From assembly GCF_004010195.1 (NCBI RefSeq), contig NC_057751.1:5667299-5731298 (forward strand): a stretch of DNA of 64,000 nucleotides, given 5' to 3'. A program made the translations under genes and the position numbers. Under the pieces are notes generated by a model. The model was not told the origin of the DNA and did no database searches. It saw nothing but the letters and a program-made list of their open reading frames with translations. Below are positions 1 through 13,852 of this stretch, piece by piece (position 1 is the stretch's first letter; every line of letters starts with the position of its first letter). Source of the stretch: Chiloscyllium plagiosum. Its lineage: Eukaryota.

Positions 1-601
1 CAAGGTTCCCCATGGGAGACTGAATTAGCAAGATTAGATCTCATGGAATACAGGGAGAACTAGCCATTTGAATACAGAACTGGCTCAAAGGTAGAAGACA
101 GAGGGTGGTGGTGGAGGGTTGTTTTTTAGACTGGAGGCCTGTGACCAGTGGAGTGCCACAAGGAGAATACAGAACTGGCTCAAAGGTAGAAGACAGAGGG
201 TGGTGGTGGAGGGTTGTTTTTTAGACTGGAGGCCTGTGACCAGTGGAGTGCCACAAGGATCGGTGCTGGGTCCTCTACTTTTTGTCATTTACATAAATGA
301 TTTGGATGTGAGCATTAGAGGTATAGTTAGTAAATTTGCAAATGACACCAAAATTGGAGGTCTAGTGGACAGTGAAGAGGGTTGCCTCAGATTACAACAG
401 GATCTGGACCAGATGGGCCACTGGGCTGAGAAGTGGCAGACGGAGTTTAATTCAAATAAACTCCATTTTGGGAAAGCAAATTTTAGCATGTGAAACTTGA
501 AAGGGTTCAAAAAAGATTGACAAGGATGTTGCCAGGGTTGGAGGATTTGGGCAACAGGGAGAGGCTGAACAGGCTGGGGCTGTTTTCCCTGGAGTGTCGG
601 A
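1..601 (+). mobile_element. CR1 LINE RT fragment with an internal 95-bp tandem duplication and an internal deletion
   Basis: ORF 119-493 contains GVPQGSVLGPLLFVIYINDLD...KFANDTK. 70-164 is repeated at 165-259. The sequence jumps to the KLERVQKR region at ~490. Confidence 0.9.
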
Positions 602-2399
602 GGCCGAGTGCTATGGACTCCATAAAACATGAGTTTGCTCAGTGTGAGTCACTGACCTATTTTAGCTGGGCAACTATCCAAATGAGACATGCTACTTGTC
701 AGTCCTCAACTGTGGAATCAATATCACTGTCTCCAATCCGATCTGTCTGCATGGCTCCAACACAAAACTGACTTCAAGTAAGAAACGAGAAACATTGCAT
801 TTCATTCACATTGCAATTTTAGGCCAAATGATTGTTACGTGTTTTAAATTACCTAGTCCACCCTGGCCCATGTTCAGAATCAGAACTTTTCATCTTCTTT
901 TGGGTGTGCTGTGAATTTCCTAAAAAGCCAGCAGTGACTTGAAACAAAATGTGTTTAGACAGTGAGTGGTTAGGAACTGTCTGAGAATGTTGTGGAGGCA
1001 GATTCAGTCAGGACTCTCCAAATGGAGTTGGATGATTACTGAAAGAGAAAACATTTGGAAGGTTACTGGGAAAAGGTGGGAGTGGGATTAGCTCCAGAAG
1101 AAGGGTGGCAAAGAAACAATGGGTCTAGTTCAAAGAGTTTCATTCTGCACTGTAACTGCTCAATGATTCTGCGACCTCTGCCAGAAAGAACCTCAAGACA
1201 ACAACTGCCTGGTTAGTAATGATACACCAGTCCAATGTGATACAATTCTGTGAATGAAAGAAAGCTGAAAGACCATGCACCACAACTTACTTCATGGTTG
1301 CCTCATTCTGGTGTCGTATTTTCAACGGCTCTGAAATTCTTTATCAGCTAGCAAAGAGGAGGGAAAATAAAGCTGCGCACTCATTCCAAAACAATTTTCT
1401 GCACTGGAACATTGCTGGGCGTGACTATTTTTCTGAACATGACTTCAACAAATATTTAATTCTCTCAGACCTTCCTATTGTTCTTCCTCAGTTTGCTCCA
1501 ATTGGCTCGTTGTCAAACAAAGCTAAATGGCCCAAGTGACACACTGCGCTAGTCAAATGATTGGTATTGTAACAAACTATAGCTGAAACCTATAAGGTTG
1601 GGCAGAATGGCGAGATACAGTGATTCAGTGTCGCCACATCACACCAGTGTGTTCAGCCAGTTCTACAAAATGCTGGGAGGTTGCAATGCTGACTCACTGC
1701 TCCAGGAAGAGTTGAATCAGAATTTAGACTGGCTACTCATCAATCTATAGCTGCTTTGGTGTCACATGCAGAACAAGCACTGCCAAACAACTTTCCATAC
1801 TAACAGCAACATGTGCCAATTAATACCAACAAGACAAGCATTCCTTGCAGAACACCAACCAGTTAGATAAAAGTATTCAATCATTTTGTCTTAGCCAGGC
1901 AGTGTTGAAACAAACCAACACAGACCTAATCTAGTGCAGTAACAATGCAAATGGTGAGGTTTTGTAAGTTGCAGAGAAACGCGAGCCCAGTGAAATAGCA
2001 CTCATCAACCTCACAACTGCAGTGAATGCTGCATCTATTGTCCTATGATTAACAGTTTCAACATACAACCCCCAGCAATTACGCTCAGTTGTGGGTTGAA
2101 ACTCACCAACAGATGAGAAGGAAGAACTAAGCAATATTTTCCAAAAAAGAAGCTGGTGTTTATCCTTTAGTCAGTAACACTGCTATCCCTCGTCACTTTC
2201 AGCCAAACAAATGAAGGTGCTCAGGGTTCGATGACGAAAGAATGCCTAACAGAGTCTTACCAAAGATCCTGTCAGGAGTCAAAATAACTGACCTGGTGAA
2301 AATTAATTGAAAAGCCCACGATTTTCAACAAGCAGTATGAAAAAATGATGAAAATTGACTGAATACATGAATAGGAAAAATATTAATATTTGAACTCAC

Positions 2400-2740
2400 G
2401 AAATGTCCTTCATGTCCTTAGCATGTGGCAAATGACCTTCCAGTCAAACAGTTATTTCTGAAGTGTGGTCACAGTTGTCATTTAGCAAGCAATCTAAGCA
2501 CAGCAAAGTCCAAAATCAATGATCAGATCTTCTCTTCGCTTTTCGGCTTAGGGTCAGGAAACCAGGGGGTCTCTTGTTGTTAAATAGTGCTGAGAGATCT
2601 TGTACATTGACCCAAGAGGTCAGATGAGGCCTCAGTTTGTCATTTCACTCACAAAGCAGGAACTGAGGGATCAGCACTGCCTTGGTGTACAACTGCAATG
2701 TCAGCATGGATTTTATACTGAAGCTATGGAGTGAGGTGTT
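2400..2740 (-). mobile_element. Old Deu-domain SINE (SacSINE/AmnSINE-like) remnant
   Basis: Resembles the reverse complement of the element at 14640-14990; degraded. Confidence 0.5.
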
Positions 2741-4329
2741 GTTATGCTAAGTATGCATCTTGCAAAGGAGGACGTCAGAGCCTGTTTATCTTCCAAGAGG
2801 TTCACCCACTATCCTCCGTACAGCAGAAGCACACATTCCCTTCCACAGACTGACCGTAACTTGGTGTAAATCTGTTCTTTGTCCCAACTAGAGAATGAGC
2901 AGATTCCCCTTCAGGGGCTATTACAACTCAATTTTGCTTAATTGGTGGATCTGGATATTAGTTCCAGTTTCTTTTATAAACAACAAAAGCCGATGCACAT
3001 ACAACCAACCCACTGTTGCAACATGACATGAGTTTCCTCCACCCTAGGCACCTCCTAAAAGGCCAGGGCCACATCTACCAGCACTCCACTTCACTATCTC
3101 GTGATTCAGGAAACAGCGCTGCTCACGGACGAAGGTTAGTGAATGGAGTGAAAGTAGACAGCTCCGGTGGCTAGCTCTGGGATAAAATGGGCTGAACTAC
3201 TTCCTTTGATTTAGCTTTTATAACTCTCAAAGAGAAGATATGCTACACCTCAGAAGAAAAATATGTGGATACGATGATCATCCGCCAAGTTTTAGCTTTA
3301 AAACCTAACAAATTCCATTTGGTGTTCTCCAAAGGGAACAGTGACCAACCTGATGGAGGTGATATTACAGGGAGGGGCCTGGGATAATGGCTGTGGGATT
3401 GTGTTGCACTAACCCCCAACATCTACATGTGGCCAATAAATCATATGAGACACGGGCTTCTTGAAAGACCAGTGATTGGTATTTTGCTTGAAAACGGGAT
3501 TGAATAGTTAGGAGCTTGTTTTTGACTGTCATAGAGTCGATGGGCCAAAGGGTCTTTTACTGTGCTGTAGACCTCTTTGATTTTATGACTCATAGCATTG
3601 ACTTTCTGTATTTCAATAAATCCTTGTTCGAAATTGTGGATTAATTTACAATTCAAGTTTTCAAGTTCTACTGTGCAAAGACAGCAGTAAACACAATGAA
3701 TAGGGATGGAATTCAGAAAACAAAATACTTCCTTCATTATAAAATGGTGTTAAAATAGTATTACTGAAATGTGTCATGCCTTAATTGTAATTCGAAACAA
3801 AATAGGCCTGAGCTCTGTATGAATTTGATAATCACATAATCTCCAAATGGTCCTTGAAACAATTCACATGAAATCACTTGCATGTTACACCCATAACACA
3901 GTGTTAGCACAAGAAATTGTCTTAAAAGCAAAAGCTTCTTCAGCAGTCTGGTTACTTGCCTTCATCAACCAGACTGCAGGGCATAGCAGTGAGGCAACAA
4001 TCAGAGAGGACTACACAACAGAATATGCAAAAATAACTTGCACTTAGGGCACAAATCATCTCAAAGCACTTCACAGGGATAGGATCAAACTAACTTTGAC
4101 ACAAAGCTATAAAAGGAAAGAAGAAAAAGCAGGTTTTATTGGAGCGAAGAGGAGAAAAAGGGGAAAGAGGCTCAGGGTGGGCATTCCAGAGATGCAACTG
4201 GTGATGGAGAAGAAGGCAGACCTGAAGGAGCACACAGTTGGAGAGCTGAATGAAATCACATACATACAACGGGACAAGATCAGGGAGAGGCTTGAAAACA
4301 AGACAGACAGTTCTGAGTTCTCGAGAAGA

Positions 4330-4430
4330 TTTGTAGTTCGGGTTGTGGATGAAGTTGTGGATTTGTTCGCTGAGCCGGTGTGTTTTTCTGCAAACGTTTC
4401 GTCGCCCCACTAGGTGACATCATCAGTGCG
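4330..4430 (-). mobile_element. Penelope 3'-end (pLTR) fragment containing a minimal hammerhead motif
   Basis: Minus strand reads GCA-CTGATGA-TGTCACC-TAGT-GGGGCGAC-GAAAC-GTT-TGC. Related to the Penelope 3' end at 49270-49350. Confidence 0.7.
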
Positions 4431-4510
4431 TCTTTGATAAGGTCTTGGTGCTCTGTCCTACCTGGCCTTTAGCTTTTATTCAGTTGAGGTTATATGGAAT
4501 GAATAGCCAA

Positions 4511-4757
4511 TGTAGATCAGCCATATCAGATGAAATAACTCCACAGAGGCCAGTAGCCAGTCACCAAGTCACCCTTATTTACACGTGGAGAGCTCTTGAT
4601 CCAGCTAGCTTAGAGCTGGCTCCGAGAGTGATCAGAGCCCCCTGACACTGATGTTCTTATCTGTCAGCCAGGGCTCCCTGATTGGAACAGGTCAACAACC
4701 CCAGTCAAGAAACTCAGATTCTGTGAGGTTCATCTCGCTGACCTTGTTCCAATCACA
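4511..4757. mobile_element. Possible solo LTR
   Basis: TG...CA-bounded ~250-bp segment with LTR-like composition; no clean TSD seen. Confidence 0.3.
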
Positions 4758-7223
4758 TCAGGTATTAGCCACAATATACAAACAAAAACAAAAGAGCTAT
4801 TATACCATCTCAGTACAACACACCGGCACACGCACAAGCAAATCCCCTTCACTATCTCCTCAATTACAAAGTTAATTCCACATGCAATTTCTATTTCTAA
4901 GCCGCATTCAATATCTTTGCAAATGATCAAACGACTTTGAAGCAAATACCGAATTGGGCAAAATGAAAAAAAAACACATGAGGGTTATAAGCTACAAAAC
5001 AAAAACATCTGGAATTAGGTGAAGGGGACTTGGCCGGTATTGGGAAATGGGCAGGGTTTCAGATAATCTTAAATTCATGGGTAGGGAGGTTGGTGTGGTG
5101 GACAGGAACATGTTGGTATCGTCAAGCTTCAGGGTAACAAAAGACTGGATGTGCGTTTCAGCAGCAATTCAGCTTGGGCCTATACATAGTCAAATGATGT
5201 TACAGGGGACCAATGTAGAGTGTTAATGAGGCTGCAGAGATTCTGCACGCACCTGACAATGTATGTGCTAAATCAGAGAATCACCTTTAATTTTGGTTCC
5301 CAGTCCATAATACAAAAACGTTATTTTAAAAATGCTTACAAGGTAGCAAAGAAAAGATTCATTTCAGAGTGTAAAAAGCGATGATGGAGAAGGAAGCGTG
5401 ATTGAAACCATGGCATCTAGCCTGGAAAGCAAGTGATTAAAAGGGAACCTCATCCTGGTGCATGGAATATTAATTGTCACATGGAACCTTGAGGGTTTAA
5501 CTTTACAGTCAGGAAAATATGACCAAAAGCATGAACCACAGTGAAGTCAAACTAAAGCAGGCAGTAGCAAGAGAACCTTTTTATGGGTAAATTACCTGCC
5601 ATACAGGGTATGAGCAACAAATATTACTGCATAGTTAAGGAAATTGCAAATTCATCATTGCATAGTTAAGGAACTGAGAATTTGAACAGTTTTTTTTAAA
5701 ACCCTCAACTTGAATTACAACTTACACCCTTGACTTGCGGTACGACTCACAACCTACCAGGTTCTCTTCTCAAGGTGAACACTGATTACTTCCTCTTGGC
5801 CAGACTCCCTTCCCACCACAGTCTCAGTCTTTTCCTTTCCAAGAACCAATGCCAATTTCATCCTTTAACTTCCTGAGTGTACAGTTGCATCATTGACCAG
5901 CATGTTCAACAATGAGCAGCTCAGGAGGAGAGACAGTTCTGATAAAACATGATGGCCAAGGGCCATCATTGTTTGCCTCAAGACAGGAGCAAGGATTCAA
6001 CACTCAGTACAGAAGGCTGCAGGGCATAAGGTTCAATTAGTTAATTGTCTAGCCTCCTAACAGAAACTAGAGCACAAGGCATCAGATATCATTTATTTGT
6101 CATCAGTGGTTTCAGTTGTGGATAGGTCCTTTCACAGCATCTGGATATGTGCAGAAGAAAAATGTGACTTGATGATCTACATAAACTGCTAAACAAATCT
6201 CTACAACTGTGTCTTTTTTGTCATTGTCGATCCCCAGCTTAACTTTGATAGAAACTCAGCCTTTATTGTGTTTACATGTCTTGATAATGAGGAATTTTAA
6301 AAACCCGTTTCCTGAAACATAATTACAACAGCATGCCAAGAATCTGCTTTCTTAAACTCCTTCCCAGGAATTGTAAATCCCACTGGTGCCAGCAACAAGT
6401 CACCACGCTCAAACTGTTGCCACTCTGCAAGAGCAAACCTGAGGCAATTTATGAATAGAACATAGAAAACGTAAAGTCACTGCACAGATTCCATCCACAA
6501 CGTATCTAAACCTACTGAATTCATTTCCTCCAGCACAAAAAATGCTGTCTTTAACAGGGGTGAAGAATCGCATCTTGAGACAGATCACAGTATCAAGAAA
6601 TTTAGAGAGCGACTCATATTATTTTTTTGTGTATTATTTTCATTGGTGGACACATTCACCAAGAGACAGAGACAGTGAAGCAATGCCAGAAGATAAAGTG
6701 AACAAGACCAGGTTCTCAACGAAAAGTACTTAATCTCAGCAACAGAATGTTATACAATCATCTGGACCAAGGCAGAAAAAGTATGTTGGATTTCTACACC
6801 CTGTTTGTATCCAGTCTTCATGCTTGTATGCAAGGTCATGAAGCAACTTGATGAGGGGACCATATTGGCATAGTCCCTGAACCAATGATGAAAAGGCCCA
6901 GACTCATACTCTGGGGACATGGATGCAAACTTCACCACAGCAGCTTCTAGACTTTAAGTTCAATGTGGATCTAAAAATAACCTTGAATTGAAAACTCATC
7001 TCAGTAATGGTAATCATGAAATTATCATCCTTGTTCTATCATCTGGTTTCCTAATGTTATTTCGGGACAGAACTGTGTTAGCCTTAGCCGTTTTGGCTTA
7101 CATGTGACTGCACACCCACAGCAACGTGTTTGACTCTCAACTGTTCTCTGAAATCACAAATTCATATCAGTATTTTGGTGCAGAAAAAGGCCATTCAGCC
7201 CATCCTGTCTGCTTCAACCTAAT

Positions 7224-7444
7224 CAAGAATAGAGTGGTGCTGGAAAAGCACAGCAGGTCTGGCAGTATCCGAGGAGCAGGAAAATCAATGTTTCTGGCAA
7301 GAGCCCTTCATCAAGAATGAAGAAGGACTCCTGCCGAAAACCTCGATTTTCCTGCTCCTCGGATGCTGCCTGACCTGCTGTGCTTTTCCAGCACTGTTCT
7401 AATCTTGACTCTGATCTCCAGCATCTGTAGTCCTCACTTTTGTC
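7224..7444. mobile_element. Palindromic Penelope-pLTR-derived short element
   Basis: Inverted arms GTGCTGGAAAAGCACAGCAGGTC...GACCTGCTGTGCTTTTCCAGCAC, flanked by the 15-bp direct repeat CTGCTTCAACCTAAT (7209-7223, 7445-7459). Confidence 0.85.
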
Positions 7445-10400
7445 CTGCTTCAACCTAATGCCACTTGCGTTCTTTTAAAACAGTCGAGCAAATCCCTCAG
7501 TTCAATTGGGGATCAACAACAAATGCTGGCCTTCTCAGCAACGCTCACATCCCATGAAAGAATAAAGAAAAAAAATCTTCAGTGTTGTAATCCAAGTTGA
7601 TAGGTGGAATACCATGCACTGTATAAGATGTAGAGTGATGACGTTGCAGGAAAACAAAAAGCAGAATTAATTGAGGCAGAGATCAGTTTCCCACACTGAA
7701 GCAAATGCTCCGGACGGTTCGGATTGTTGTGTTTCAATTTTCTGTGCGTGTGCTGAAAAATCATGCAGGATGCTACAGGAGTTGGATGCTATAGGCCATG
7801 CCCCAGTCCAACAATTGCAATAATAAAACACAGAATTGTGGAAGCTGAAGATCTGAAACAAAAACAGAAAATGGAGAAACTCAGCAAGCCTGGCAGATCT
7901 GTGGAGCAAAAGTAGAGTGAAGAGTCACTGTGAAATGCTGACAGGGAGGTGAGAGGAATGTGTGCCTGCTAGAGGCATCTGGCTGGAGGTGGCAGACATG
8001 ACAGCTTATGATCCTTTGGCTGTGGGTACTGATGGTGTGAGTAATGATTCCTTAATCGCTGTAGATCTGCAGAACCTGGTTTTATCAGCTTCTCAACCTT
8101 GAAGTTCTGTTGCAGGGAATCCAATATGTTTCACATGGAAACTATTACTAATGTAAATTAGGAACATGTCGGGGGTTGGGGGTTGGATGGCAGCAGAACT
8201 GAACTTTTCCACAGGGAAGGACAAAGCGAATGGCTTTTGGGAATGACAAAGTCAAGAGAAAGAATTAATTCAATTAGCTACAGTTTCTGCTGATCATCCT
8301 ACTCTATTATGAATGTTCCCTACTTGGAGTGGTCCCATGCATCATTTTCAGCAGTGAGCAGGGAAGTGACCTGTGAAGCCAGCAGTGTGTAAGGCACACA
8401 AAGCAGTAGGCTGTTAATCACCTCACCAGTTCTCCTGGCAACAAAACGACTGGCCTCTTCGAAGCAATTAATAATGGTTTGTCTGAGAACATGAACTTAG
8501 TGTGCAGGGTGCTCAATACAGATCTCTTTCAATCAGCGGATAACAAAGCTGAAACATGGGCAATGTCTGAGACATTGATTTCATCTTGACGGTGTCTGCA
8601 TTTCAAGTACTAATTGGAGCTGCTTGGTGATATGACTGTCACTGCTACAGGAAGAAGAGTTTCACGATCTCTTTAAGCCTGGATATTATGGAACAATTTC
8701 ACTTTTGTTTTTATTGCAGAGGTGCGCAGAATGACATCCTGTTCAAGCAGGTTATTCCCGGTTGTTTTACCTCATCAACTTGGAAAAAAAATGCATCCCT
8801 ACAAGTGTTTTAAAATGCAGCTTGTCCATCACATGCATCAGTCTCCCTTCCCTAGTGTCTAACCCAGGATACTTGAACCTCGAGGTCAACTGAAACATCA
8901 CCAAGGATGCTGGAGGACAAGTCATTCATACAGATACAGTACAAACCTGGCCAGTTTAATCAGAGCCATTAATTCATGGTGTCAACTGCTCAGTAGTGCT
9001 TTTTTGACACAGAATAACAACATTTGAAGCACTACCATGTTACAAGCCCATCTGTTTCTTCACAAAAAGAGAAAGCTATGGCCAAAGGTACGTAAGGCAG
9101 GTGCTATTCTCCCTAATGAGGGACACTCTGATAACATATGATTCCAAATTTATGACCATGGGGTACATGATATTTAGTCCATTTCTGTTTTAGAATCAAC
9201 AACGAATGCCTGGACAAAGAAAATGTGTTGCTCTGCAAAATCAGCACTTCTGAACTTTGTGCATGAAGAGAACAAACAATCATCCATTCACCAACCTCCT
9301 GGGCTGAACACTGATCAGGAGAAGTTGAATCAGTGAGATTCATACCAAGTTAGGTTGAAGGCTGGGAATAACTCATATCCTGACTTCCCAAAGCCTGCCC
9401 ACCATCTGTTAGGCACAAGTCAGGTGTCCTCGATAAGTACACCTCCAACAGCACTCAAAAAGCTTATAAGTAATTCAGACGAAGCAGCTCAACTTATTGG
9501 CACCTCATTCACTACCTTCAACATTCATTCCCTTCACAGGGACAGTAGGTGTACACCATCAAAAAGATGAATTTTCAGCAACTCATTAAGCTGCCAAGCA
9601 ACTCAATTGTGCGGACCAATAACAGCAGACATGCAGTGAGTCAAAAAAACTACAAATTCCCCTTCAAATCTTACACCTCCCTACCTTGGAACTATAATCC
9701 TGTTGTTGGGCCAAGTTATTGCAATCCCTGGCAAACAGCATTGTGCATGTGCCTACACTGCACAGAACGCAGTTATTTCCCACCATCTTCTTGAGGACAA
9801 TTAACAACATAAATCCTGACCCCATCGGTGATCCCACATGCCATTGATCATGAAAAGAATTTACATCCAAATTTCTACAAATTTGTTTCCTGATTTGGTT
9901 GCCCAACCTCAAAGGCTTTGGTTTGGTGAGAAAGCCACCTCCGCACTGGGTAATGTTTCACACGTCTGCAGCTGAGTGTAATATTCTTGGAGGACGGAAA
10001 TTATCTCAATATTGATCTTCTCTATCTATTTGGTTTCTTTCTTTATCCTCCCCAGAAAACAGAGCATACTGCTGTTATTTTCCACTGGAAGACTTTAGCA
10101 AGGGTCCACTCAAACAATGTCCGACTGAAGCCCCAAAGTTTAGGTGACATCCAATTCAAGGATCTGGAGGGGCATCTACTCATTTTTTACATCACTGGAA
10201 ATAGCGAAGTGTTTCTGTACACACTGCAAACTCAAACAAGTAACTTCCATCGCAAAACAATACTATTAACAAGCATCATCTCAACAAGCATCAGATATTT
10301 TATATAACCTGTTTCCATTTTCTGATTCAGGTTCACCAAGTGAGCCATAGCAAGAGATCTAGTTCCCCTGTCCACCTACCAATGTCTCAAAGATGGTGCT

Positions 10401-11399
10401 TCATTGAAATCTGTCTTGTGGTTTTATATCTGTTGTCTTTTAGCCTCCAGCATCTGGTCAGTCATGCCTCATCGTTGCCAGCTTCCTCCGGTTTCTCAAT
10501 ACTAAGCAACACTGGATTGACAAACCTACTCACTTGATACGTGCAACACATTCAAGACAGGAGCAATGGCTCATTCACTCTCGGTGGTTTTTGGAGGTTG
10601 GTGGTTGTAAGTTCCTGGTCATTTCAACTGAAGATAACAATCAAATGCTTCCATTTGGGTGCCGCCAACATGGCAAATCATATTGATTTTAACCATAAAA
10701 GCTTTCAAGAGGAGCAATGAAAAAGGACTGAAAAATGTTAAGTGGAAAGATGAGCCAAGAACAATGGGAAATGGACTGCAAACACTTCTGCAGCTACCCA
10801 TGGTCAAATCTTTTCTTTCACTTGGCTTCTTTGAGAAGATGATGAAAACCATTGATGCAGGTAATCTTTGTGTACACCAGTATCTCTGTTCAACATTGAA
10901 GAAGCCAAGCCAAGAAATAACTTTAATTAAAAGTCCATCTTAATCAAAACACATCTGAAAAATACTCATCATCACTGCTGATGTCTCAAAGGACATCAGA
11001 ACTATGAATGTACCATCAGACGCATAATTAATTGGAACTTATCATCATCACTGAAAATGAAGTCTCAAACTACCTGCTTTAATAAAATTCAAAAGACAAA
11101 ACCTGTTATTCATACTGCACATTTCACAAACTCAGGGCATCAAAATGTACTTTGCTACCTAAGGCCTCTGAGAAGTCTTGCATGGAAAGCTTGTTCCCTT
11201 AAACCTCAATGCCCTCATCAACAGATAACTTTAGAATCACAGAACTGTTACAGCTCAGAAGGAGCCCATACAGGCCTTCGTGTCTGCACCAGTTCTATTC
11301 CCAATCACCAATGCCTGCCTTTTCCCTCTATCCCTCCACACCATTTCTATCCAAATTCAATATTGAAATTGATTATGGCTGGTTAAAGGATAATAGTGG

Positions 11400-11607
11400 G
11401 AGACAAGCAGGAGGCTGGAAGAACACAGAAAGCCAGGCAACATCAGGAGGGGGAGAAGTCAACGTTTCAGGCGTAACCCTTCTTCAGGGGAAGAGTTCCA
11501 CCCAAAATATTGACTTCACCATCTTGGATGCTGCCTGGCTGGTTGTGTGCTTCCAACCTCCTGCTTGCCTAACTTGGATTCCAGCATCTGCAGTTTTTTT
11601 GTCTCTA
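11400..11607. mobile_element. Palindromic Penelope-pLTR-derived short element (related subfamily)
   Basis: Inverted arms. Minus strand 11461-11487 reads CTGAAGA-AGGGTTACGCCT-GAAACGTT. Flanks are imperfect GGATAA(A)TAG repeats. Confidence 0.75.
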
Positions 11608-11694
11608 ACGGATAAATAGAGGCCAAGGAAAATTGCTGCTCCTCCTCTCCACCATAGCATTGCGAGATATCTTATTTGAGGAGGCAGATGGGGA

Positions 11695-11860
11695 TTGCCA
11701 TCTCAAAGATAGCACCTTCGACAGTGCAGTACTCTCTCGGTTACTGCAATTGGAGTGTTAGTTTTTTTTTTCGTGCTCAGATCTCTGGACAGGGATTTGA
11801 GCCTATTACCGTCTCCTCCAGATCACAAAGAAGTTCCCAAAGGCTGACACTACTGCTGAA
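11695..11860 (-). mobile_element. Deu-domain SINE 5' portion (tRNA-derived head)
   Basis: GATAGCACCTTCGACAGTGCAGTACTC...GGATTTGAGCC pattern typical of this SINE group. Confidence 0.55.
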
Positions 11861-12194
11861 TCAAAATGTCACAAAGCCGAGGTAACTGAATTCTCTTCAG
11901 CAACTCTGCATTTGTTCAATATAATGCAATACACTCCCAGACAAATTCAAACCATCAATCGATCACTGAAACAAATCAATGATCTGTCTCTCTTTCAAAT
12001 GCTGACAGACCGTGTTGGGCGATATTGTATTTGAATTTCCGTGTTCAGAGATGCCATTGCACATCTGCAGAGCAGATGGGACTTCAAACTGGGCCTCCAA
12101 GCTCAGAGGTAATAGCATCACCACTACACTACAAGAACCGTTCAGACCTAGCATGTAAACACAGACAATTCCAAAAGACACCTGTTTATATAAT

Positions 12195-12399
12195 TTAGAT
12201 TAGAGTGGTGCTGAAAAAGCACAGCAGGTCAAGCAGCATCCGAGAAGCAGGAAAATTGACATTTCATCAGGAAAGGCTTTTGCCCGAAACATCGATTTTC
12301 TTGCTCCTCAGATGCTGCCTGACCTGCTGTGCTTTTCCAGCACCACTCAAATCTAAACTCTGGTTTCCTGCATCTGCAGCCCTCACTTTTGCCTACGTA
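12195..12399. mobile_element. Palindromic Penelope-pLTR-derived short element
   Basis: Same arms as 7224-7444, flanked by TTTATATAAT (12185-12194, 12400-12409). Confidence 0.85.
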
Positions 12400-12827
12400 T
12401 TTATATAATGTCATGCACATCTCCAGGACAGACTAACCTTTTTGAATAGCTGCCCCTGCTATTTTGTGTTCTCAATTGACAGTTCATCTATTTGTTATGG
12501 TCCTGTAATAGATGAATCTTCTCCAGATCTTCAAATTGCCACATCTTTTACAGGTAGTAACATGGAGTTATTCCTGGCCACCTGAATTGATGCTCCCACA
12601 TTTTACACTGTGAGCTGAAATTTTGAAGTAACCACTTCCTGTCGTGCAGCACTCACTAAGTACTACACTGAGGTGACATCTGAGATCTCAAATTCTGGAT
12701 GAAGATTTCAACCTGTAAATGTAGCCATTGAGCTGAGTGTCATCAGATCATTCAAATAACAGTCAAACCTAAAAAACTCTGACCCATAACCTGTACAATA
12801 ATATGGATTCTTCTTGTAAATTACAAT

Positions 12828-13147
12828 TAGAATTCCGACAGTGTGGAAACAGGCCCTGCGGCCCAACAAATCCCCACTGACCCTCACCGCCCAGACCCAT
12901 TCCCCTATCCAATATTTACCCCTGACTAATGCACCTAACCTACACATCCTTGAACACTACGGGCAATTTCACCTAATCTGTACTTCTGTGGATTGTGGGA
13001 GGAAACCGGAGCACCCAGACGAAACCTGCGCAGACACGGGGACAATGTGTCAAACTCCACACAGGCAGTCGCCTGAGGTTAGAATTGAACCCGGGTCCCT
13101 TGCGCTGTGAAGCAACAGTGCTAACCACTGAGTCACCATGCCGCCTT
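12828..13147 (-). mobile_element. tRNA-derived SINE with CR1-derived tail (HE1-like)
   Basis: Reverse complement of the copies at 26763 and 27703: A-box GTGGTTAGCAC, B-box GGTTCAATTC, tail CCTGTTTCCACACTGT. Confidence 0.9.
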
Positions 13148-13749
13148 ATTCTCTGAGAATGAACTGCGTCCCCTTTTGGGAAAGAACAACGCACACTGAG
13201 TAAACCAATTCCTGGGTAGCTGGATATCTGAGTGCGCAAAATATGTCAATCCAATTCCAAATTTTGAGCATTCCCACTATTTCTTGTTTTACTGCATTCA
13301 GCCCGACACAACTGATTAAAAAGCAACACTGAAAATAAAAAGAAATTCCACAGTGGGCAAATCTTAATGATTGGTTAAACAGAAAATATTTTTTCCAGTG
13401 TCATTCCTTCCTCCCAATGTGACCTCCTGGTGACTCTTCAATCCTTTGTGGTTTTCAACATTTCCTCTTGACTTCAGTGGAAATGTGTATATGTAAATGT
13501 AAAACAGATTTTCTGATACCATTCAAACTAATTTGTATACTCCCTGACCAAAAATACTGAGAGGGACAAGATACAAAGGAGATTTGGGAAAAAAAAACAC
13601 TGAATGAGTTTGTGGTGCAAGTGAAACCTGAGCATCAAAAATAGATTTGGAGATTTGTCTGAAAATGAATGTGACTGTAAGGATCATAAACATCCTCTGG
13701 GAATTACCGTCACATGCAGTGTACAAGCAATGACCACTACAGAATGAGT

Positions 13750-13852
13750 ATTGTGATGAAGGGTCACTGGACTGGAAACCTAACTCTGATTTCTCTCCAC
13801 AGATGCCGCCAGATCTGTTGAGATTTTCCAGTAATTTCTGTTTTTGTTACAG
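13750..13852 (+). mobile_element. Penelope pLTR fragment (another subfamily; related piece on minus at ~7825-7920)
   Basis: GATGAAGGGTCACTGGACTGGAAAC followed by CTCTCCACAGATGCCGCCAGATCTGTTGAG. Confidence 0.55.

Noticed and set aside
4404..4418. CTCF-like CCACTAGGTGAC
   Set aside because: It falls inside the Penelope hammerhead stem II and is likely coincidental.
7224..7444. miRNA precursors or terminators at the long hairpins
   Set aside because: They are multi-copy, flanked by direct repeats and match Penelope ends, so a mobile-element origin explains them.
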